From NCBI GenBank assembly GCA_964609175.1, contig CAZSRR010000027.1, forward strand, positions 21,276 to 85,275: 64,000 bases of DNA, read 5' to 3'. This DNA comes from an uncultured Bradyrhizobium sp. (GTDB lineage Bacteria > Pseudomonadota > Alphaproteobacteria > Rhizobiales > Xanthobacteraceae). The notes beneath the pieces were generated by a model. That model was not told the DNA's origin. It saw only the letters and a list, made by a program, of their open reading frames with translations, and made no database searches. This document shows, piece after piece, positions 57,055-64,000 of this stretch. Each line of letters opens with the position of its first letter. Position 1 is the first letter of the stretch. The position numbers and the translations under genes were made by a program.

Positions 57055-59097
57055 TCAGCGCAATTCGATATCCAGCCAGCCCAGCGCATTGACCGTGACG
57101 CGGTCGCCGGTATCGACCAGCACCGTCGTGGTCTCCGCCTCGATGATCGCCGGTCCCGCCAGCGTATGCCCCGGTTGCAGCTCGTCAAGCGCATAGACCG
57201 GGACTTCGCGCCAGCCGCCGAAGAACGCCTGTCGCTTGCTACGGGGCGCGCACGCGCTCGACGACGGCGCGGATCTGGTCTCGGAATCCAGTCGCGAGAC
57301 CTCGCCCACCGCCGCGACGCGGGCGTTGACGAACACTACCTCCTGGCCCCGCGAAGCGTAGGTGTACAATTCCTCGTGCCTCGCGTGAAAGCGGTCCTCG
57401 ATCCGGTCGACGAGATCGGCCGCGTTCATGTCGAGACCGTCGAGCGAGACGTCGATCTCGAAAATCTGTTCGCCGTAGCGCATCTCGGCGGAGCGTGCGA
57501 TCGCGATATTCCCGCTGAACCACGAGCGCAGCCGGCCGGCCGCCTGCTGCTCCAGCCCGGCAAACAGCGCGCGCACCTGATGCGCGGCAATGCGCCCGGC
57601 GCCGTAATGCGTGCGGCTGATCTCGTAGCGGAGGTCGCTGGTCAGCATGCCCCAGGCCGACAGGACGGATGCCACCGTCGGCACGATGATGCGCTTGATC
57701 TCGAGTTCGCGCGCCACTTCCGCCGCGTGCAGGCCGGCCGCGCCGCCAAAGCTCAGCAGCGCGAACTTTCGCGGGTCGACGCCGCGGCGCAGCGTCATCA
57801 GGCGGATGCCGTCGGCCATGTTCAGGTTGATCATGCGGTAGATGCCGGCCGCGGCCTCGACGCGCGGCAGGTCCATCGCCTTCGCGATGCGATCCACCGC
57901 GACTTCCGAGGCGGCGCGATCGAGCGGGCGCTTGCCGCCCATGAAGGCTGCGGCATCGAGATAGCCGAGCACGACATTGGCGTCGGTCACGGTCGCAGCC
58001 TCCCCGCCATTGCCGTAACAGGCCGGGCCCGGCACCGAGCCCGCGCTCTCCGGCCCCACGCGCAACGTGCCGCTGGCATCGACGCTCGCGATCGAGCCGC
58101 CGCCGGCCGCGATGCTCGCGATGTCGAGGCTGCGCAGCGCGATGCGCTGACCCGCGAGTGAGCCGTCGGCGGACAGCGAAGCCTGACCGCTTGCGATCAG
58201 CGAGATGTCGGTCGACGTGCCGCCCATGTCGAACGGCACGAGGTCGGGGATACCGACCAGGTCGGCGCAGCGCCGGGCGCCGGAGATGCCGCCCGCTGGG
58301 CCCGATAGCACGGTGCCCGCGGCCAGCCGCGAGGCCTCCTCGACCGGCGCCATGCCGCCATGCGACAGCACGACGAAGAGGCTGCCCTTGAAGCCCGCCT
58401 CCGCCAGCCGCGCTTCGAGGTTGGTCAGGTAGCGCCGCACGATCGGCTCGACATAGGCGTTCACGATCGTGGTCGATACGCGCTCATATTCCTTGATCTG
58501 CGGCAGCACGTCGCCGGAACGGGAGATGCTGATCCCGGGCAACACCTGCTTCAGCCGTTCGACGGCGGCAAGCTCGTGAACGGAATTGAGGTAGGAATGC
58601 AGGAAACACACGGCGACGGATGTCGCACCCGACTGCCGGATGCCGGCGATGGCGTCGTCGAGCGATGTCTCATCGAGCGGAATCATGACCTCGCCGTTGG
58701 CCCTCAGCCGCTCCCTCACGCCGAACCGCAGGTCGCGCGGCACCAGCGGCGCCGGTGGCGGCGAACGCAGATCGTAGCGGTCGGGCTTGAGACCCTCGCG
58801 CATCTCGACGATATCGCGATGGCCTTCGGTGGTCAGCAGCGCGACCTTTGCGCCCTTGCGCTCCAGCAGCGCGTTGGTCGCCACCGTGGTGCCGTGAACC
58901 AGCCGGTCGGTCGCGGCCAGCATCTCTGCGCGCGACACGTTCAGCCGCCGCGCCAGTTCTTCCAGACCGTTCATCACGCCGAGCGACCGATCCGCAGGAG
59001 TCGACGGCGATTTCGCAAACACCGTGCGCCCGCTTTCATCCGTCGCCACGAGATCGGTGTAGGTCCCGCCGACGTCAACGCCGATTCGGAAGGTCAT
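57055..59097 (-). CDS. Hydantoinase/oxoprolinase subunit A (ATP-binding)
   Basis: IGVDVGGTYTD, HGTTVATNALLE, FLHSY, SGPAGG, DMGGTSTD, AGGGS, GPESAGSVPGPACYG, VTDA, FGGAAG. Confidence 0.92.
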   Translation of the reverse strand: MTFRIGVDVGGTYTDLVATDESGRTVFAKSPSTPADRSLGVMNGLEELARRLNVSRAEMLAATDRLVHGTTVATNALLERKGAKVALLTTEGHRDIVEMREGLKPDRYDLRSPPPAPLVPRDLRFGVRERLRANGEVMIPLDETSLDDAIAGIRQSGATSVAVCFLHSYLNSVHELAAVERLKQVLPGISISRSGDVLPQIKEYERVSTTIVNAYVEPIVRRYLTNLEARLAEAGFKGSLFVVLSHGGMAPVEEASRLAAGTVLSGPAGGISGARRCADLVGIPDLVPFDMGGTSTDISLIASGQASLSADGSLAGQRIALRSLDIASIAAGGGSIASVDASGTLRVGPESAGSVPGPACYGNGGEAATVTDANVVLGYLDAAAFMGGKRPLDRAASEVAVDRIAKAMDLPRVEAAAGIYRMINLNMADGIRLMTLRRGVDPRKFALLSFGGAAGLHAAEVARELEIKRIIVPTVASVLSAWGMLTSDLRYEISRTHYGAGRIAAHQVRALFAGLEQQAAGRLRSWFSGNIAIARSAEMRYGEQIFEIDVSLDGLDMNAADLVDRIEDRFHARHEELYTYASRGQEVVFVNARVAAVGEVSRLDSETRSAPSSSACAPRSKRQAFFGGWREVPVYALDELQPGHTLAGPAIIEAETTTVLVDTGDRVTVNALGWLDIELR

Positions 59098-60761
59098 GTC
59101 GAAACCCGCTCCGCCGTGCCTTCCACAAGGCCCTGCGCGCCGTCGCATTGGCGCGCCTCCGCCGATCGCTTCTCCGGCGGCCCCCAGCCGCCGCCGCCGG
59201 AGGAGCGGATCTCGAGGCAGTCGCCGGGATGCAGTTCGATGCCGACCTCCTTGGTGCGCAGCACGCGCGGCTCGCGCCCTTCCGACAACAGGCGGTAGTG
59301 ATGCGGCTTGCCATCCGCGCCGCCGAGCATGCCGCAGGGGCCATGCCGCGCGCCGTCGCCCGCGGTGTTGCCTTTCGCGACCTTCGCCGTCTCCAGCACC
59401 AGGTCGAGCGACACGCCGAGGCCGCCGCGAAATTGGCCGTCGCCGCCAGAGCCGGCACGGAATTCGTGGGTACGGAAATGCAGGGGAAAGCGCACCTCGG
59501 CTACTTCGAGGCTGCCGAACTTCAAGCCACCGACCGAATGCCATTCGCCGATCGACGACCAGCCGTCGCCGCCCGAGGACGCGCCGCCGCCGGGCCGCGC
59601 ATGGAACATGTGCCAGATGAAATTCTTGCCCGAACGCGGGTCTTCGCCCTGGATCGCGATCCGGAAGCGGCGGCTCCAGCCGGCCATGGCGCGTTCCGGA
59701 CACGACGCCGACAGCGCCTTGACGATGGCTTCGACGATTTCGTTCGAGGGATGGCTGGTGCACAGCGTCACCGGACGCCCCGGATCGGCCCAGACGATGG
59801 TGCCCTGCCTGGCGATGACCTTCAGCGGCCTCAGCGCGCCGGTGTTCTTGGGAATCTCGGCATCGATCAGATAGGCAAAGGCCATCGCCACCGCCGCCTG
59901 CATGTTGGCGTGCGAGGAATTGACGAAACTCGTCGACTGCGGATCGGAGTCCGAGAGATCGATCTCGACGTCGCTGCCTTTCTTGGTGACTTTGGCGGCG
60001 ATCCGCAGATCGGTGCGGCCGTGGCCGTCATCGTCGAGAAACGCCTCGCCGTAAAACACGCCGTCCTTCCAGGTCGAGACCACGGCGCGGGTCTGCTGCT
60101 CGGTGGCGTCGAGGATCGCCTCCATGGCGGCCTCCACCACCTCGGCGCCGAACTCGGCGAACAGCCGCGACAGCCGCCGCTCGCCGAGATGCGCCGCGCC
60201 GAGCATCGCCGAGAGGTCGCCGCGGAATTCGCGGGGGTTACGGACATTGAGCGCCAGCATGTCGAACAGATCGTCGCGCAACCTGCCGGCTTCGTAGAGC
60301 TTGATCGGCGGAATCCGCAGCCCCTCCTGCCAGATCTCGGTCGCCGCGGGATTATAGGCGCCATGGGTGCCACCGCCGATATCGCTCTGGTGCGCGCGCA
60401 CGATGGTCCAGAGCAGCCGCCTGCCGCCGGCGAACACCGGCACGAACACGGTGACGTCGGGCAGATGGCTGCCGCCGTAATAGGGATCGTTGAGCAGGAC
60501 GACGTCGCCGGGCGTGATGTCCTTGAAGCGCTCTTCGACTGCGATCGTCGCCCAGGGCAGCGCGCCGACATGCACCGGAAGATGATCGGCCTGCGCGATC
60601 AGGCGGGCGTCGGTGTCGCAGATCGCCAGCGAAAAATCGCGGCTCGAATTGAGGATCTGCGAATAGGAGGTGCGAAGCATCGCCTCGCCCATCTCCTTGA
60701 CGATCGAACTGAGGCGATGCTGGACGACGGAGCGGGTGATGGGATCGATCTTGGCGGACAT
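59094..60761 (-). CDS. Hydantoinase/oxoprolinase subunit B
   Basis: RTSYS, DFS, LPVH, NDPYYGGSHLPD, HQSDIGG, QEG, GGGGWG. Confidence 0.92.
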   Translation of the reverse strand: MSAKIDPITRSVVQHRLSSIVKEMGEAMLRTSYSQILNSSRDFSLAICDTDARLIAQADHLPVHVGALPWATIAVEERFKDITPGDVVLLNDPYYGGSHLPDVTVFVPVFAGGRRLLWTIVRAHQSDIGGGTHGAYNPAATEIWQEGLRIPPIKLYEAGRLRDDLFDMLALNVRNPREFRGDLSAMLGAAHLGERRLSRLFAEFGAEVVEAAMEAILDATEQQTRAVVSTWKDGVFYGEAFLDDDGHGRTDLRIAAKVTKKGSDVEIDLSDSDPQSTSFVNSSHANMQAAVAMAFAYLIDAEIPKNTGALRPLKVIARQGTIVWADPGRPVTLCTSHPSNEIVEAIVKALSASCPERAMAGWSRRFRIAIQGEDPRSGKNFIWHMFHARPGGGASSGGDGWSSIGEWHSVGGLKFGSLEVAEVRFPLHFRTHEFRAGSGGDGQFRGGLGVSLDLVLETAKVAKGNTAGDGARHGPCGMLGGADGKPHHYRLLSEGREPRVLRTKEVGIELHPGDCLEIRSSGGGGWGPPEKRSAEARQCDGAQGLVEGTAERVST

Positions 60762-60785
60762 TCGTGACCGTTATTGTTTGTTTCC

Positions 60786-60870
60786 GTAGGATGGGTTGAG
60801 CCCTTCGCGAAACCCATCACGATCTTGCCGTGTCATTGATGGGTTTCGCGAAGAGCTCTACCCATCCTAC
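60786..60870. repeat. GTAG-type REP doublet (REPIN-like)
   Basis: GTAGGATGGGT..AGC.CTTCGCGAAACCCATCA / TGATGGGTTTCGCGAAG.GCT..ACCCATCCTAC. Confidence 0.85.
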
Positions 60871-60884
60871 GATTTGCATCCACT

Positions 60885-60963
60885 GTAGCCCGCATGAACA
60901 CTTGTGATATGCGGGGCCGATGCCTGCGGCGTCCCGCATGTCGCAAACGCTCATGCGGGCTAC
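60885..60963. repeat. GTAG-type REP doublet
   Basis: GTAGCCCGCATGA...TCATGCGGGCTAC, same family as 56980-57051. Confidence 0.8.
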
Positions 60964-60989
60964 AATTCCTTCTCACGCTCTACAAAGCC

Positions 60990-62306
60990 TCAACGCATTC
61001 CCGCAACTTCCTCCAACGCGCCCGATGCCGCCGCAACGATCGTATCAATATCCGCATCCGTCATCGGCGTCGACAACGCCATCAACCCGTTGCTCGCCGC
61101 CAGCACCCCGCGATTGAGAAATGCGAGGTTGAACACCGCCTGACGCCGCGCCTCTTCCTCGCTCAAATAGGCCGAGCGATAGTCGCGGACCGGCCTCTCC
61201 ACGAAGTGAACCTTGAGCAGCGAGCCCATTCCGACCGTGCCGCCGGGTACGCCATGACGCTTGAACGCGGCGTCTATGCCGGAGCGGACCGCCTGCCCCA
61301 TGGCGTCGAGGCGCGCAAAGGCCGCCTCGTCGAGCAGTCGCATCGCCGCGATGCCGGCGCGCATCGTCACGGGATTGGCCGAGAACGTGCCGCCATGCGG
61401 CAGCGCCGGCTTGCCCGGGCGCGGGTCGAATACCGCCATGACGTCGCGATGGCCGGCGATCGCGCCGACCGGAAAGCCGCCGCCGATGATCTTGCCGAGC
61501 GTGGTCAGGTCGGGATCGACATGCCAGATGCCCTGCGCACCGTGATAGCCGAGACGGAAGGTGATGACCTCGTCGAAGATCAAGAGAGCACCGACTTCGC
61601 GCGTCACCTTGCGCAGCGCCTCGAGATAGGCGCGGTCGGCCGGCGCGAGGCCGGCGCGGTTCGGCATCGGGTCGACCAGCACACAGGCCAGCTCAGACCC
61701 GTGCTCGCGGATCAGGCTGACGGCGGCTTCGGTGTCGTTGAAGGGAATGGTGACGACGTCGGCCAGCACGTTGTCGGGCGTGCCCCTGGCATAGGCGACC
61801 GATACCGGCGCATTGCGGCCCCAGGCTTCCGGCGCAGGGTCCAGGCTCACCTCGGCGTAATCATAGGAGCCGTGATAGGCGCCCTCGCATTTGGCGATCT
61901 TCGGACGGCCGGTATGCGCCCGCGCCGCCTTGAGCGCCATCATGACAGCCTCGGTGCCCGAGTTGGCGAACCGCACCTGCTCGACCGACGGCAGCCGCGC
62001 GATCAACAGTTCGGCGAGATCGACTTCGGATTCGGTCGGCAGGCCGAACGCCGAGCCGAGCGCAAGCTGCGCGGTTGCGGCCTTGATCAAGGCGGGATGG
62101 GCGTGGCCGTGAATCTGCGAGGTGAAATTGTTGATGCAGTCGATATAGACATTGCCGTCGATATCCCAGACCCGGCAGCCCTCGCCGCGCGCGGCATAGA
62201 TCGGGTACGGCTTCATGAACACCGTGGTGCGGCTATTGCCGCCGGGCAGGCTCGCCAGCGCACGGTTGTACAGCTTTTGCGACGACGAATTCGGGTCCGG
62301 GTACAT
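60990..62306 (-). CDS. Class III PLP aminotransferase (GSA-aminomutase-like / beta-amino acid transaminase-like)
   Basis: PGGNSR, FANSGTEA, GAYHG, FDEVITFR, TLGKIIGGGFPVGA, HGGTFSAN. Confidence 0.88.
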   Translation of the reverse strand: MYPDPNSSSQKLYNRALASLPGGNSRTTVFMKPYPIYAARGEGCRVWDIDGNVYIDCINNFTSQIHGHAHPALIKAATAQLALGSAFGLPTESEVDLAELLIARLPSVEQVRFANSGTEAVMMALKAARAHTGRPKIAKCEGAYHGSYDYAEVSLDPAPEAWGRNAPVSVAYARGTPDNVLADVVTIPFNDTEAAVSLIREHGSELACVLVDPMPNRAGLAPADRAYLEALRKVTREVGALLIFDEVITFRLGYHGAQGIWHVDPDLTTLGKIIGGGFPVGAIAGHRDVMAVFDPRPGKPALPHGGTFSANPVTMRAGIAAMRLLDEAAFARLDAMGQAVRSGIDAAFKRHGVPGGTVGMGSLLKVHFVERPVRDYRSAYLSEEEARRQAVFNLAFLNRGVLAASNGLMALSTPMTDADIDTIVAAASGALEEVAGMR

Positions 62307-62559
62307 GTGCGTGCATTCCAGTTTCAGGTGCACATCAAAAACGCAATCGCCCCGATGATCAAGCTGGCGGCGACGAATAGCAGCACTGCGGGCAGGCCGA
62401 ACAGCGTCGCCACGACCCCGGTCGCCGATTGCATCAGCGCGTCTCTACGGTATCGAGAGCATGCTTGATCATCCGCCTGCGCGGAACCATGATGCCACTT
62501 CAGCCGATACATCCATCGGCGCAACCGGCGGCACCGAAGACCGCGAGCGGGAGAACAGC

Positions 62560-63339
62560 ATGCAAGTCACGATGAAAGACAGGGTCGCCGTGATCACCGG
62601 CGGCAGCAAGGGCCTGGGTATCGCCATGGCAAGGCAGTTCGCGGCCTCTGGCGCCAAGGTGGCGATCCTGGCGCGCGGCGCGGCTGACCTGAAGTCGGCG
62701 CGGGAATTACTCGCCAAGGATGGCCTCACGGTTCGCGACTATGCCTGCGACGTCTCGAAGGCGGCGGACATCGCCAAGGCCCATGACAGCATCGTCAGCG
62801 ATCTCGGCCCGGTCGACATTCTCGTCAACAACGCCGGCACGGCGCGGACGATGGCGTTCGAGAACATTTCCGACGAGGCCTGGCAGGACGATCTCGACCT
62901 GAAACTGTTCGCCGCGATCCGCTTCTCCAGGCAGGTCTGGCCGGGCATGAAGGCGCGCAAATGGGGTCGCATCATCAACGTGCTCAACACCTACGCCAAG
63001 GCACCGGCCGCCGCCTCGGCGCCGACATCGGTGACGCGCGCCGCCGGCATGGCGCTGACCAAGGTGATGGCGAGCGAAGGCGGCGAGCACAACATCCTGG
63101 TCAATGCGATGCTGGTCGGCCTGATCATGAGCGATCAATGGGTGAAGCGGCACGCGGCGCAGGCGCCCGACATGGATTTTGAAGTATTCGCCAAAAACCT
63201 CGCCAAGGGCACACCGCTGGGGCGCATCGGCACCGCGGAGGAATTCGCCAACCTCGCCTGCTTCCTCGCTTCCGATCAGGGTTCGTTCATCACCGGCACC
63301 GCGATCAATGTCGACGGCGGACGGTCACCGGTGGTGTGA
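62560..63339 (+). CDS. Short-chain dehydrogenase/reductase
   Basis: ITGGSKGLG, VNNAG, GRIINV, PLGRIG, GSFITGTAINVDGG; the YxxxK position reads SVTRAA (non-canonical); GGGAGA RBS. Confidence 0.88.
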   Translation: MQVTMKDRVAVITGGSKGLGIAMARQFAASGAKVAILARGAADLKSARELLAKDGLTVRDYACDVSKAADIAKAHDSIVSDLGPVDILVNNAGTARTMAFENISDEAWQDDLDLKLFAAIRFSRQVWPGMKARKWGRIINVLNTYAKAPAAASAPTSVTRAAGMALTKVMASEGGEHNILVNAMLVGLIMSDQWVKRHAAQAPDMDFEVFAKNLAKGTPLGRIGTAEEFANLACFLASDQGSFITGTAINVDGGRSPVV

Positions 63340-63397
63340 GGCGAATTCAACTCCCGCGTCCGGGAGACGAGTTCTCGAAGGATAAGCCCGCCCATAC

Positions 63398-63425
63398 AAA
63401 AAGGCCCCCGTTGCCGGAGGCCTTT
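63398..63425 (-). terminator. Rho-independent terminator of the HU gene
   Basis: Minus strand AAAGGCC-TCCGGCAACGGG-GGCCTTTTT. Confidence 0.7.
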
Positions 63426-63460
63426 CCGTTTTCTCAAAACCGCTTTCGCGGCCCTCGATC

Positions 63461-63760
63461 TCAGACCGCGTCCTTGGCAGCCTTGACCGGGCGGGCGCGG
63501 ACGATCTTGCGGGCCGGCTTGGCCTTGAACATCATTTCCTCGCCCGTGAAGGGGTTGGTGCCCTTGCGCGCCTTGGTCGCGGGCTTCTTGACCACGACGA
63601 ACTTGGCGAAGCCGGGAACGAGGAACACCCCGTTCTTCTTGAGCTCCTTGTGGCCAACGTCGACGAGCGCTTCCATCACGCCCTTGACTTCCTTCTTCGA
63701 AACTTCGGTGGCGGTCGCGATCTTCTCGATCAGCTGCGACTTAGACATTTGGGTGGCCAT
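63461..63760 (-). CDS. hup: HU family DNA-binding protein
   Basis: MSKSQLIEKIA, PGFAKF, KARKGTNPFTGE, KAKPA; GGAG RBS before ATG 63760. Confidence 0.93.
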   Translation of the reverse strand: MATQMSKSQLIEKIATATEVSKKEVKGVMEALVDVGHKELKKNGVFLVPGFAKFVVVKKPATKARKGTNPFTGEEMMFKAKPARKIVRARPVKAAKDAV

Positions 63761-64000
63761 GATTGCTCCATTTGATTCTGGCACCGGCGACGATATGGCG
63801 AAAACAGCCTAAAAAACAGGGTTTCCGACATTCTGCACAGCTTCTCGCTAGTCGAGTTGGAGTGATTCGTCCAATTTTGGCTGGTTTTTAGGCCCTCTAA
63901 GCTGTGCGAAGCCTATTTTTAGGGGGATTCCGACGGTCCGGCAGCCTCATTTCCGGACAAACGCGGGGTCGCCGCCCGGGCCCGTGCCGCGCTTCGGATC

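Noticed and set aside
59098-59763. N-terminal extension making hydantoinase A appear as a 902-aa fusion
   Set aside because: The extension is an alternative frame inside hyuB; the true start MTFRIGVDVGG at 59097 overlaps the hyuB stop
60786-60963. Repeated GTAG...CTAC units as a possible CRISPR array or IS ends
   Set aside because: They are inverted doublets without regular spacers; no cas or transposase genes; REP-like
60990-62306. hemL assignment for the aminotransferase
   Set aside because: It lacks PGGVNSPVR and has no tetrapyrrole context
63785-64000. AT-rich stretch upstream of HU as a possible ncRNA or island boundary
   Set aside because: No recognisable RNA structure or att/tRNA; most simply the HU promoter region

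Overview
High-GC alphaproteobacterial chromosome segment. The REP families and gene content point to Bradyrhizobium or a close relative (inference). It is almost entirely catabolic and transport genes; I found no rRNA, tRNA, CRISPR array, prophage or transposase. Blocks in order: (1) ACAD10/11-like dehydrogenase, Baeyer-Villiger monooxygenase and alkyl-sulfatase operon, divergent from IclR and a Bug/TctC binding protein (0.1-7.2 kb). (2) TetR-controlled orphan module (ABC permease, atypical SDR, GNAT, DHDPS-family enzyme, ABC ATPase) bracketed by two near-duplicate NMT1/THI5 binding proteins (7.2-14.7 kb). (3) Fbp/Afu-type ABC transporter, an MFS gene and a decayed soxY/soxZ-like remnant (14.8-20.9 kb). 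(4) A ~17 kb nicotinate-catabolism island: fpr, enamidase, MarR, Liv-type ABC, AA_synth protein, UPF0280/ApbE-like protein, 6-hydroxynicotinate reductase, NicAB-type hydroxylase and pncB. Its two divergent promoter regions share a palindromic operator motif (21.1-38.0 kb). (5) OAH sulfhydrylase, a hydrolase, a GMC pair, a second BVMO and a single-chain acyl-CoA carboxylase (38-47.8 kb). (6) GntR-linked N-heterocycle uptake/deamination cluster with a non-canonical CodA-like enzyme (48.3-55.5 kb). (7) Enolase-family enzyme, hydantoinase/oxoprolinase B+A with a class III aminotransferase, an SDR and HU (55.7-63.8 kb). About 17 REP/RIME-like elements lie in intergenic regions. Best leads: the hybrid nicotinate pathway with its unassigned accessory genes, and the orphan SDR/GNAT/DHDPS module. 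All family assignments come from motif recognition and recalled homologue sequences; no searches were run.
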